A stretch of DNA of 63,222 nt, counting the filler, from Hausera hauseri (Eukaryota), in the NCBI GenBank assembly GCA_046269625.1. It is 12 parts of 12 records of this genome, joined end to end, with 100 filler letters (N's around TTAATTAATTAA, not from the genome) between each part and the next. Parts side by side here need not be neighbours in the genome. Positions count along the whole stretch, not along the records: positions 34,941 to 39,605 come from JBJURY010484020.1; positions 39,706 to 45,144 come from JBJURY010254958.1; positions 45,245 to 49,438 come from JBJURY010708325.1; positions 49,539 to 53,569 come from JBJURY010807309.1; 8 more parts are not named here. One strand, given 5' to 3'. The notes under the pieces were generated by a model, which made no database searches, had not been told where the DNA came from, and was given only the letters and a program-made list of their open reading frames with translations. A program made the position numbers and the translations under genes. This document shows positions 36,581 to 49,722 of this stretch, piece after piece (within the stretch, counting starts at the first letter, position 1; the number at the start of each line of letters is the position of its first letter).

Positions 36581-39500
36581 TTTGCAGTAAAATTCGTTCC
36601 CTGTTAGTAAACATAATCAACTTGTGCTTTTAAAATTCCCCTAACATGTCCAACCAAATTGAAATATCCATTTTCATCCTCTTCTTTCATAATTAATTTC
36701 CTCATTAAATCCATCAAATAATTCTTGTCTATTTATTTATCCATATTTTGTTAATAAAATCCTAATTCAATAATCCACGACATATAGAAAAATAAAACAA
36801 CAATCTGTTGTTCATATTTCAAATGGAAACATTCCGTTTTCTTAATTGATTCTCTGCATAATGACAGATTCAACTACTCCACTCATTAATGGACGATAAT
36901 CAAGAAGAAAAGAAAACAAACTTCCAATTAAATATTTCAAAAAGTGTGCGTTTTATCGTTATTAATCGATTATGGTGCCATATCTAAATTCACGACACGA
37001 AAACAATTGTCGATGAAATGACTGTATGGTGTCGTCTAATGGACTATTAATTTATTAAAATATGAGGCTAGATTGAGAAAATAATATTAGACTGAATGTT
37101 GACCGTAAATTTGAAATGATAACATAGATAATCTTTAATGTCCATTTTTCGGACAAACTCTCATACGAAATTTTTCATATAAGTTGAGGTAGTGTCATGC
37201 TAAGGCACACTTCAAAATCGTCTCTACAAGTATAAGTTTTTATATTGTTCGTTATTATTGTTCCATATTATTTAGATTACAATGGAAAACGAACAATCAA
37301 GTATTGTAAGTTTTCTGATTATTATTTTTAATTTGATACATTTTTTATTCTTGTATTTGTATAATACGACTGATATGAAATTATTATTAGAAATTATATT
37401 ATTAGAAAATTTGCATTAATATTAAATTTTATTCGGTTGTTTGTATCATTTCGGATCATGTCAATTTTGTACAAAACCCACAATGCGTTCAGTACATAAT
37501 TCTAGATTAATTTCAGTGTTATATCACTTTCAGTTCGATCAAATTACTGAAAATTGCTATATTTAATTAGTCATTAACCGAATTCGATTATCATGTAGAC
37601 AGCTTTTTAGAATCGGTGTTCCGAGTGCCTTTTTGAATGAGACATTTGTTGTAGATACTTTTTTTGACTTTCGTTATATTCCATATAGAGCATAATTAAT
37701 TTTTACCTTTTAATTCATCTTGACTATAAATTGCATGCGATAGTTGTTAAACTATAAAAGAAACGCGACGGAAGAGGGTATTTGTTTCTTGATCTGTACG
37801 AAGTTTAAAATTATGTATTCTTGTCGAGAATAGATTATTTTGAACTGATTTGCGTAGGTTAACTCTTTGTAAAGGATCGATAGTCTATTCCTAATTACTC
37901 CACAACTAATTTTGGACACATTGCTTGGGTTGGTTCTACCTCAAGTGACGTTGACGATTAAATTTTGGTAGATTCAATTTTTGCGAGTGGCTCCGTTTAG
38001 TGAACATTCAAACAAGTTGGTTTAATTATTGTAATTGTTATTTTGTTTTACATTAATTGTCATTTTAACTCGGTTGACAATATCTGGTTGAAGTAATTTG
38101 AGCCCATATTAATTAATTTTGGTTGTTTCGTCGGAGTGAAAATATTTGGTTGAAGAATTTAATTTATAATTTATAAAGTAAGGACTGCATAGTGGAGAGT
38201 ATAGTTTTGTCCTCCTTGAAAATTATTTAGTTAAATAAAACGTCCAGTTTAGAATTTTACAAATCATTAATTCAGATATACGTATACAAGTTCATCTCTT
38301 ATAAAGGAAATAAGATTGAAGGGTAAATAAACCAAATTGATAAATTGTAATTTCAAGGGTGATTTAGTTTAGTTCACCCCACAGTATGTCATTAAAAATT
38401 AATCGATATAACATCACAGCTTTTTAACACTTTAAGAAAAGTCGTGAGTTACTTCGAAACTCGATCGAGTCGATAAATCATCTTGTAACTAAATCTGCCA
38501 AAAAAGTAATTTGAAAACTTTATTATTAAAACGTCTGTCATAAGCCAAACACGTAATGGAACGTTGATGATATATAGGTAAAAAAAACATTTCGAATATT
38601 TACGTTATCCGCTAACTGAACTCTATCACTTGACACAAGAATTAGCAGTTGTGTAACGTTTTGGTCACTCTGTACTTTAAAACGCAATTACTAACAACAA
38701 AGCGTTAGAAAAACACCGTGCTAAACACCACTTCGTAAAAACAAATGCAAAAACACCGGATAATTCTTATTAGTAAATTCATGGAACGGTTAATTAAATT
38801 GCATCAAACCAGTCAATAAAACATACATCATTTTTACCGGTCCCCTTTTTCTACAAACAATAAAAATAACATAAAGCAGGTACAAATGCATAATTCGAAA
38901 CTCGTCGCATAATCAAAAAGTGGTTTATACACAAAATGCAGCTGCAATAGATAGACGTGTACTCTCGACAATTATCGTCTTGTACCATTTGAAAATTTCA
39001 CACGATAATGTATTTGGAATAACATTGAAGACGAATTGTTCAATTTACATCATTATTTCTCAATGTGGGCCCACAGGCCCACAACTGGAGCTATAAACAA
39101 ATTAAGATTGGCCCGAAATTTCCTGTGAGTCCAGAGTTGATTCTGTAGGAAATAAATGGGCTTTGAAAATTTTGGTCATATTAATTTTAGACGTTATTGT
39201 TAGAATTTAGACGATACATTTTCGGAAATTATACCAAAGTTTATAAATTGGTGCGTAAATTTTATTTTGTGTCTAAAATTGAACTAATCGACTCTCTTTC
39301 TATATTGAAATTTATTGTCCATAGTTAACATTCTGTTTGGATCTATATTTATTTCGCTAATACGCGGTGTCCTACTATTCCCATACGTTACTGGAATATA
39401 TAAGATCATAATAAATTGGTGTCAGACGTTCCTCCGGCCTGCCTCGACGAACTATTTGTTTTGTGACTGCTCTAAGTGTCAAAACAAAACAAGGTAATAT

Positions 39501-40144
39501 TTTCCGTTACATTTTGCAAAAGTATTGTTTATAATTTCATGATAATTATGGCATGTGTTCACTTAACGAGATGTCTTGAAAATCGTTCAAATAAATTGGC
39601 AATTCNNNNNNNNNNNNNNNNNNNNNNNNNNNNNNNNNNNNNNNNNNNNTTAATTAATTAANNNNNNNNNNNNNNNNNNNNNNNNNNNNNNNNNNNNNNN
39701 NNNNNTCGTCGATTATTCTCAAAGGAAATATGACAAAAATTGTCAGTTCACATGGCGGAGAAACAGCAGCAGCAGCAGCAGCAGAAACAGTTTTGCCACC
39801 AGAAAGAGCTAAAGGCTATCTAACATTAAAGTTGGAAGGGTATAAGGATCTTCAAGGCATTAAATCAGCATTATGGAAGGTGAGAAAGTTTACTCTTGTT
39901 TGACTTACTTTTTTGTTTTTAGCTTATGATTAATAAATCTTATTGATTTTGTTCTTCATATTGTTTCTCGTCACATTTAGTTAAGTATATAAATATATAG
40001 AGATAAGTTAAATGATAATAAAACAAATGGCACAAACAACGAACAACATTCATTATTTATACAAAACACAGATCACAATGAATTATCACAGTAAAAGGGT
40101 CACTTTGATCTGTCTGCATCGTCAGCACTGCATTCATGTGTGTT

Positions 40145-43100
40145 TTATTCCAAACGCCAATGTCCGTACGCCCAACTCTTATTTTGTCCCACCCACTTTC
40201 GCTTATCATCATTGCATGATAGAGCGACTTTTGTATTGGTCACCATATACGGCTGGTGCTCAATTTATCGTATAATCCCTTGAGACACAACAGCCTTTGT
40301 TTGTTCTCCGTATCCTCCTTCATAGATACGGCGATAATCACCGTGGTTTATTTCCGTTTGGGCCAATAGAACTCCTTTTGTGCGCATTTTTGGCCAACCG
40401 TCAGTTAAAAGGCTATAACATTTTGGCCGTAGAAATACACATTCCCAATACTGAACTCGACCTTCACTTTCATCCTTAAAGCAATCGATTTTGTTTGTGA
40501 TGACGTTGCTGTACAATGGATGATTCTGTGGTTAATTGGACGTGTCCAGTAATCCGTCTGCCATCATTTTCCGCAGTAGTTATTCGGGATTGCCGTTTTC
40601 CAGTTCCAAGAAAAAACTATTTGTGTCACCGGCAATTATATTGACCTTGCATTTGCCGAAAATTTGCTGATAACGTACCAAATCGCGATACTGCAGCTCA
40701 TACATCCGCAACTTGCTCAGATCCAATACCACGTGTCCTATATAACTTGGCCGGTCCAGTATGCCTTATTCTCTGTTTAAAAGCACGGCAACCAATCCAT
40801 CAGCAATGTGCATTGATCGCCTGAACTGCGCCTTGCTGGTGTATGTGACCAAACGCTTTTCGCTTTTGCACAGGCGTACGTTGAGCCGTTTTTTTCAGAT
40901 TCTCTATTGCTTTTCCGTAGAGAGAATTGTTTTTCAGCTTGTAATAGTGTTTTTTAAACTTTGTACAACCTGCAGCTTGTTTTTCCGAATTCCGACGTAT
41001 ATTAGGATTGAATATCGGAGCATATGGGAATCGGATTGCGCGATGTAAATGTGCGACGCGTACACCGAGCTGCACGTAAAATTGCAACAGACGCCAATGA
41101 ACTATGTAATTTTGCTTAGGTTCATGTGTCATAAGCAGTTTCTTTACCTTCGAGCCTGGCGGACATTGGCTAATTGGTGCGACCGGTAATTCATCCAGAA
41201 AGTCATGCAGCTCATCTGGTACCACGAGGTCGACTTCCATCAGGTATCTGATTGAGCTGCTTTCTATTGTGTCTTCTCCCAGCAGATTTTCCATTATGTC
41301 GTCCAGGTCCTATTTGTCTACTATCCATTCGAATGAACCGTACGACAAGGGTTGTGAAAGCGCCCAGCCGTACAGATTATTAATGTCGATATATATCGGT
41401 GATGTGGTATCATCACTGGTAGCAGCAGCAGCAGCAGCACTAATATGGTGCTTGTTGACAAATGTCATGCCGCCAAGAATACCAACATCAAACATTCGGT
41501 GCATTTCCGGATATTGCAATAGCTCGATATCCCAATCCAGTGACATCAGAGTTGATGCTCAACTCATTCCGGGTATTGAGTAAAATTTTTAATGGCTCCA
41601 GACTATCTTCTGCCAACGCTTTAGTCCGAAATGTTTGAAACACAGCGGCTAATATGTACACATTCAATTTCAGATACTGAAGCATATACTCCAACAGTAT
41701 TCTGCAGCCGAGCTCTGTCCAAAACGACTGTGCATTGTGATATTCTTATTCTGTGATACCGGATCATTGCGGTGGTAGTTCGTCTGTCGTATGGAGCCGC
41801 TCGTGCGATATCGCAAAGTCATACGGGAATATGTCTTTGCTATACGAAATATGCACAAGGAACTAGGTCGTTGTTAGAGGCACATTTGGCAAGGCATTTA
41901 CCAGCTTTACCAGAGATTCATTGAGAAATGGCAATGAATTGAGGAAGCGTAACTAGAACCATTTTAAACGAGCAGACAATGGCACGTATTTCTCCACTGT
42001 AGTCGGAATTATGGATCGTTCCCTGTACGGAAATTTGCTTCTTGCCCATTTCAAAATATGTTGACAATCATAACTTCTAAAGTTATGAAATACCACCGGC
42101 ACAAGTGGCCGCACAGGCCGTGCTAAATTGCGTGAATTGTATGCCGCTCCTAGGAATCGACATGTAAAATGTCATGATCCGGCAGCAGCCGTTTCTTTGC
42201 ATCGAACGGTAATATTTTGTGGCACAGATAACACTCATCTGTGATAGCAAATGTCGGGCGTTCATCTTCATCTGTCCAGATCAGAGGTTTGGTGCTATTA
42301 TCACAATACCACGTTACGATTTCAGCTTCCATTATGGTTTGAAACTGCTGCAAGAAATAGAGTGCACAATTCCATCCGTGGAAAATATAATATTGAGGTT
42401 GACCTGCGGCTTTTATTGGGACAACCAACATACCGACAGCGATTGGAACATGTTTTTGGTCATTATGTTGTACCGCGGTAAGATAACGTCGATATTGGCA
42501 TATACTACATATGCCGGACTGAGTGTTTTTGCCCAATCAATGAACCTGAGTTCCATCTTGACAGGCATGACATACTTTATGGTTCCTGACGAATTTTGTC
42601 TGCACAGAATCACATGTTTTTCCCATGTTGTTTCTGATCTGAATCCATGCAAACATACAGGACACCATTTACACTGTAAACTCTTTTTCATGAAGTCGTC
42701 ATGTTCCATGTTCAGCAATCTGTCCAGATTTGTCACTGTAACGTAATAATAATTTTCCTTCTGCTCCAATAGCAACAAATTTACTGAGCAGTCATTTGGG
42801 TTCCGACTACGATATATTATATCCACATGAGGATTTTTGTAAATTTCTTCATCCGCTGGTATTTCTATTATTGTGTTGTACCGGAACACATTGATTGCCA
42901 GTGTCGGATTATGCTGTGAAAATGCCGGAATGGAGTTCAGTTTCATCGGCATCCAGCTTTCATCGAAATCCAATTCGGAAAAATATTTCTGATACTGTTT
43001 TGGACGATATGCATATGTCTGTCCAATTCGTCATATTTCAATACCGCCAAAATACTGTAAAGCAAACAGGATTCATCGTTAGTATTTTTTACATTTACTA

Positions 43101-44059
43101 GCGCTAGAGACTGCCTTAAAGCTACAGGTGTCGACTTTGTTATGATAAAGTTGAGGGTGACAATTTTTATAATTTTCCATCCACTACCATTTTCCGTGTA
43201 GTTGGCTATTTTCTCCTCCAGCTTTTCGTCTACATTGACAATAAAATCTTTGGCGTATGGTACAGCTCCATGTGACAGGTACCATTGTTTCTTGTCACCT
43301 TGTATCTTTTCGAATTCTGCAAGTGCATAATATTGCACTTTGTAGTAATATTGGTATTTCTCCACTTCTGATTCCAACCGGTTGCGCACATTTTGCGTAA
43401 CATATCTCAATTGCGTTGTTGTTTTTGCCGACATATTCACTTTTATATCCAAATACAATCTGTTCATATCGTACTTGACTGTAATGGGAATATTGGCTTC
43501 CTTTTGCTCTGTTCTTGTTGTTTATGCTGTTCTTTCTGCTCCTTTTTCTGCTTCTGATCGGTACTGTTTCTGATTAAATCGTCAAGACTTGTTGAGGTCA
43601 GATGTTTCCTACTGGTTGTTAAGGGATACTGCTATTAGTTGAGTCCATAAGTAGTTGTTTTTTCGACAGCTTAAACTGCTTTAAGTGGTCCTTGTGCAGA
43701 TTATAAAATTGTTCATAGTTGATTTCAGCAACTACTGAACAACCGAGGCAAACTTATGCCAATTTATTGTGCAGCGTTGTGGTGCCATAGTACTGCTCCA
43801 TTGCACTATGGCAACCACTAACGTTGTGCACTTTAGTATTGCAGTAGCGTGGGTATGTAATGCTATGTATAACCTTCATCGCCTTAGACCGAGTAAACTG
43901 TCCGAGATGATGCTTATGCACTTCATAAAAGTCGGTGAACGGGCCTTGGTAAGAAACACCACACGTTGGACATACATACGTGTCCATTCCAGTTGTGTAA
44001 TATTTCGCCATCTGTTGATGGCACTGATCCTCCACATGTATGCTGCAGATGTAGTACAT
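40145..44059 (-). mobile_element. Polinton/Maverick(adintovirus)-type protein-primed DNA polymerase B, degenerate, with two N-terminal zinc-finger-like repeats
   Basis: ENGSGW; CLLYSILA; CPVCLHGF...H; CYLC...DHD (endonuclease-VII-like); motif A YIDINNLYG; YLMEVDL; motif B KLKNNSLYGKAIEN; motif C AGDTNS; KGV; DDKR...AYGH. Confidence 0.9.
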
Positions 44060-44719
44060 GGGATATTGCTTACATTTCTAAATTTAAACAAATTAACATT
44101 TTAAATAGATTAAAATAAATTAAAATACATAAACTCGTAAAACTAAACATTAAACATAACCTCAATGGTGTGTGAAATTGCCTTACTCTGTTATAAACAT
44201 TTATTCTCCATACTTCTACTTCTACTACTAATGAAATGGAACAGTGCATTGGAAGTGAGATTGAGAAATTGATAGATGACATCATGGCTGGACATGTTTA
44301 ATGTTCAATTTTTATGTGAGCTTACAGAAACGAGAATAACGAGCATTCGAGAATATATTGAATTACTATTCAGATCTATATTAATAACACGTATAGAGAA
44401 TGAAATGAGATGAAAACGACAACAATGACAGCAGATTAATTTCCTCACTGGACTTGTATTTTCTGCTTCGCTTTGTATTGTAATGAAAAAGTTGATTGAC
44501 CATATTTAATCACATTTGTAAATATTTTGTTGCACTTGTTTTCGTGAATGAATATAATTTATTTTGCATGTCTTTGCTGTTACATTTCAGTATAAATACT
44601 TGTGCTTCGTTACGGCATGATATTACCACATATCTCATATATTAGAATTCATTCATTTGTATCATTCCTTCGACGGTCACCGGAGTCACCTTTACAATCT
44701 TGATTGACCTTTACATGAT

Positions 44720-45111
44720 GTGCGATACTGTTCTCCCGAAGAGATACTTCGGCGTGCTGAGGAGAATTGGAGGGTACGGGAACCTTATCTACGACATATG
44801 AAGCAAGTTGTTGGTGACATGGACACGATATTCGGTCAGATTTTTCGCACTTATCAAAAATTAGTGGATTACGATGCGTTGGATGACAATCCACATCAAA
44901 TACGGTTTGTGGAAGATTTTGTCAAATGTGATTAGATTGGTGATTATATTCCAACTTGGCAGTCAGCGGATCGGATTTGTTTTAAGCAGCATTGCAATGT
45001 AACTAATCCCGATGGACTCGTTCATTCTCCTACTGAATTGGTTAATGCGTGTCGTTTGTGTGGTGATCCTAATTTTTTATTAAACTCAGATTTAGTTGTA
45101 CCACAAAAATA
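44720..45111 (+). pseudogene. Hypothetical ORF divergent from PolB (one internal stop), possibly an element accessory gene
   Basis: Frame continues through the TAG at 44933 to ...CRLCGDPNFFINSDLVVPQK*; no recognised domain. Confidence 0.3.
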
Positions 45112-45977
45112 GAAAATAAAAGATTGATATGGACTTGATTGCCCNNNNNNNNNNNNNNNNNNNNNNNNNNNNNNNNNNNNNNNNNNNNTTAATTAATTAA
45201 NNNNNNNNNNNNNNNNNNNNNNNNNNNNNNNNNNNNNNNNNNNNAAACATTTATTAATGAATAAATCTAGATAAAAATATTACAAATGCACCAGTAAGTA
45301 TACTACACACAAGTATAATATGTCTCTGTCTTCTTCTAAACTCTTCTTTAATCTTTGTCACTAGTATTGATCGAACAATAAGTTCGACATAGTCTTCCTT
45401 TGACTGAAAGTATCCATTCTCCAGTTCATTAAGAAATTGCACACAATTAATTTTGCCACTGAATATTTCCTTTATGAGCCGTTAAATTTCAGCTTCTAGA
45501 TCTGTTTTGCAATTCTAAGTATATAAATAAGTTAGGAGAACAGAATTAAAAACATACTACTTGTCGCACAAATTGTTAAAACAACGCCATGCTATAAGCA
45601 CACCTTTATTTATATCCAAAATTTAAACAAACAAGGGTGGCAATAGTGAAACCATGATTAGATCGCTTTGTTCTCAAACCACATTAAAACAAAAAATATT
45701 TTTACGCGCGAAATTCAAATTTTTACACCTACGTAAAATTCATACGGTACGCGTACTTGTGTGTATCCACTTTCTTACTGTGTCTCCTATCTCCGCCCTA
45801 TCAACCGTGTATGTGTGTATCATTTTTTCTACCCCATGACTCATCTCCGAACTACTTCTTTCCTTCCTTCCCTGGGAGGGATCTGATCCACTGTGCTCCT
45901 TTCTACCTAATACTCTATTGTTTAATAAAGCAACCAGTGGAATCGATCCAAATTCCAGGCGATATATTTAAAATGCC

Positions 45978-47311
45978 TTGAAAGTTTTTAAGGTAAACAG
46001 AGTTGTATTGTTAAGTACGTATTACGTGGACAAAGCTGATATTCTAGCTGACTGGAGAGCCATAGTGGTAAAAGGTCAAGTTGTGTCTTATGGAACATCC
46101 ATATTTTTAAAACGGAAATTCCATTTTGGATATGTCCTCAGTTGTACATCATATAGTAAAAAGCTGAACAATAGTAGCTTATGGAAATTCAGCAACACTA
46201 CAGCTCCACATGCCGAAATTAAAGATCAGCATGGTAGAGAAGTTTCATTTAATATCATTGACAAAGAAATAATCCAATCTTTCAAAGTACTATCGATAGT
46301 TGAAGGAATAAAAACCACAAAGGATGGTAGTTTCAAACACTTTCTGATTGGCAGGCAGCAACTCTTTTCGAAATCTCCTTTAGACTTAACTCAGATGTTT
46401 GCTTCCAAAACTTATCTTGTTTTGAAAGAGAAAGGAATAGAGGCATTTGTATTGATAATTAATTCTCTCCGAGTCAATCAAACCGATCGAAAAGAATCCG
46501 AAATAACGGACGCGGAGTAATTAGATCCAAGCATCGATATTTCATCTTACGTGAACACTCTGGTCCACAGCCCTCCAAACGAACCAGAAAACGATCATTT
46601 AGGAAACGCGACTGCGGCTTATGAAATTCTCATCGCCATGGCACAGCCATCAACATACAGGTTTTGTATATTTGGGGAATTTTATCTTTCACATATATTT
46701 GTCATATTTATGGCTTGTATTGATTACATTCCAATGAGAGACGAAACATCATTGTATTCTCATATTCGATACTGCACACTAGCTGTGTCTAGTATTCTGT
46801 TTTCTGAAACGCAGAGTAATGCCTTACAACACAGAACATTGAGAGTTCGGAATGTTATTGCAAAAATGATGCAGATTATCAGTTACAGTGATCTATTTGT
46901 TGTTTTTCAATCAAAAAATTTAAAACCGCTCGTCGATTCTGTCTCTAAAACTATGTCCAAATTACAAATTAAAAGAAGCAAGGAAGCGGAAAATGTCCTT
47001 TCCGGTTTTATCCAGTGCCGACTGTTCGTTATTAATTCAAAGTTCATTTAAGAAGCATGTAATAAAATCAAAGGGTTACAAAAAACAAAATTGAAAATGG
47101 GCCATGTGGTCGACTCACATAGTGAAGTGTTGAGTTTATGTGCCTTCATCCAGGATCACCCGTTTGACATTCCGTCAGATTTATCTGCAGTGTTGACACT
47201 TCTTTGTCGGTGTATTAATCGCTCGGAATCTATGAGTGCTATAATCAAAGAAACCTTAGCAAGATACAGAAAGAATCATCAGGAAACGTGGCACATGGGA
47301 AGTCAACATTT
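45978..47311 (+). pseudogene. PSME4: Proteasome activator PA200/Blm10 C-terminal fragment, intronless, two in-frame TAA stops, truncated by Gypsy sequence
   Basis: ORFs 45978, 46551 and 47091 share a frame. LQIKRSKEAENVLSGFIQC and VLSLCAFIQDHPFDIP...IIKETLARYRKNHQETWHMGSQHF match the PSME4 C-terminal pattern. Confidence 0.82.
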
Positions 47312-49438
47312 CGGTGCCGGCGAGAATGGTTGGGCGCAATCGTTCTATATTAGAATCATATCGTCAATGCTCGGTAACAATGAGGACGCAGTCGTGACGT
47401 TCAAAGGAAGCACATTCGGGCACGTGGGTGAGTTTTTTTTTTCGGTGATTCATGCCCACCAGTGCGACCACCTCTCGCGCTTATGCAGTTCTCTCGTGGC
47501 TAACACCATTTTTCATTTTAAAGGGTTTTCGAGCTCAGTGTCTTTGGATACTGTCACTGCTACCCTGGCTGCGCGCCCGTACCTCTTGTTAACACAAATT
47601 GAAACACAAGCTCCCCTTGTATTTTACCATATTCCTGGAACTACTTTGCCTCAACTTTCCTTCTTTGTTTTCAGCAATAATAGGCACATTACAACCATTA
47701 CAGCTTCATTCAACGACACAGCGCAACTACTATGCACCTCTATCCTCCTTACTCAACATGTCTAACTTCCATTTCACACATCCAAGTATCACAATACATC
47801 CCGTCGACTCACTCTTGTTTTTCGTATGCCATGAACGTTCAGTCATCCACCTTATGCTCCATTTTCGCCTTCTGGGTGGATCGGATCCAAACCCATCTTG
47901 CTCAGTTGATAAATCCACGAATACGGGCAACATCTATCATTTGCCACACTCCCAACAGGCTCGAGTTTCGCAGAATTTGCCTTGTGTGGAGTTTTTCCTT
48001 GATAAAAACAACTCCAGCAAACCATGGCTTCAATTTCACCAACAGTGGCTAAAATTGAACAATATCAGAGATTTTTTGTGCGAGCCAATAGCCTCTTAAT
48101 TCTTCTGCCTACCAACGTCAAGCAGCAGATTAATAATATCTCCGAGTTACAATTATTGACACCTTATGAGACACTCTGTAAAGCTGTACTGCATTTCACA
48201 GATCCTTCGATTGACAATATAATACAAAAGTATTTTAATGACCACGGAATGGGAAACCAAAAGTTATCCGACTTTGTGAAAGCGGCCATTCTACAGCTCA
48301 GCGCGCTAGGAGTGACCCGTACGAATAACGCGGATTTGATTCGCCGTTATTTCTTATCGTCTTTGCCCACTTCAATCAGAGCCTTACTAACCGTTGTTGA
48401 CGAATCCACTGCTATCGAAAAATTGGCAATAATGGCTGACAAATCCTTTGAGATTCTTCATACTAACAGTTCTCTCCCTGTTGCTGCTAAAACCACATGT
48501 GCTTCAACTACAGATACAACATTCTTTACTCAACAATTGCAAATGATGCAGCAACAGTTTGACATGCTACAACAATCGATTTTGGCCATTACTGCCGAAC
48601 TAAACAATCTTAATGGGCCTCGGTGAAATGAAACCAGACGTTCACGGGAGCGAAGCACTTCAGTGCCCTCTTCTCGGTCCACTTCACCTGGCGGACGCAT
48701 GATTTGTTTCTACCACACTTTTTCGAAAGGAAACAAGGAAATGTTTCTTGGGCTGTCGATTCTTTAGTGAGCGATACGCTGTAAACAACCCTATTTGTAT
48801 ATACCACAACAAATATCAGTCACAGACCAGATCATGTGTGCCTAGTTGTAGATATTACAACAAAAATTCTCCTAGCTTTTCTTCCTCTTCTTCCTTTTCT
48901 CCAAATCGCCCAAAAAACTCATAATGCCGCCAGATTTTACGGCACCTTATGGCGCAGGAAACATCGCTCAATCTTCTGGCCGTTTCAACACCGTTTCTGC
49001 AGTCTTTCTGTAGAAGGCTGCACTTTTATACAGTGATACGTCACATATCGACTTCCTTATAGACTCAGGAGCTGCCTTTTCACTCCTTCCGTTGTCTTTC
49101 ACCTCTACATCCACTATAACTTCCTGTACTCCACTTTTCACTGCCAGTGAACAACCGTTGCACGTTGCAGAAACCACGGAATTGACTTTCACATTCGCCA
49201 ACTTGTCAGATAAGTTTGTCTGGAAGTTCCACGTGGCCAACATTAAATCTGCCATAATAGGCTCAGATTTTCTTGCAGCACACAATATAGTGGTAGATTG
49301 CAAATACAGCTGTCTTCTCAGCAGAAACTCGATTTCAACTTCAAACATGTGTCTCGCAGTCAATCTAGCAAGCAATTCATTGCACTCGTCTGGAAACATG
49401 TTGAATGTTTCGTCATCTATTAAAAAAACTTCCAATAA
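47312..49438 (+). mobile_element. CsRN1-like Gypsy 5' portion (leader, gag, protease), third copy of the family
   Basis: Gag homologous to 9482-10234 (PSIDNIIQKYFNDHGMG...LIRRYFLSSLP...LLTVVDES); CIYHNKYQSQTRSCVPSC CHCC motif; protease FLIDSGAAFS and IIGSDFL. Confidence 0.87.
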
Positions 49439-49642
49439 NNNNNNNNNNNNNNNNNNNNNNNNNNNNNNNNNNNNNNNNNNNNTTAATTAATTAANNNNNN
49501 NNNNNNNNNNNNNNNNNNNNNNNNNNNNNNNNNNNNNNGTTAGTTACTTCACAATTACCCCTCTCGTGCTGCATTCCTCGTCAACCAATCAGTATCACTA
49601 TCTTTCACTACCTAAATCTTCTCCAACTAGAATAAAATAACG

Positions 49643-49722
49643 CTAATCATCTACCTAGGCCACTACTACTGACCACCTACACTAGCCACTAATCATCTAC
49701 CTAGTCCACTACTACTGACCAC
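49643..49722. repeat. 34-bp direct repeat (2 copies, period 46)
   Basis: ctaatcatctacctag(g/t)ccactactactgaccac at 49643 and 49689. Confidence 0.9.

Noticed and set aside
28549-47311. Alternative genetic code (TAA/TAG as sense) to explain in-frame stops in RUFY, PSME4 and TE ORFs
   Set aside because: The stops fall at positions expected to be different residues (W, K, Y), frameshifts co-occur, and MORC2 ends normally at TAA.
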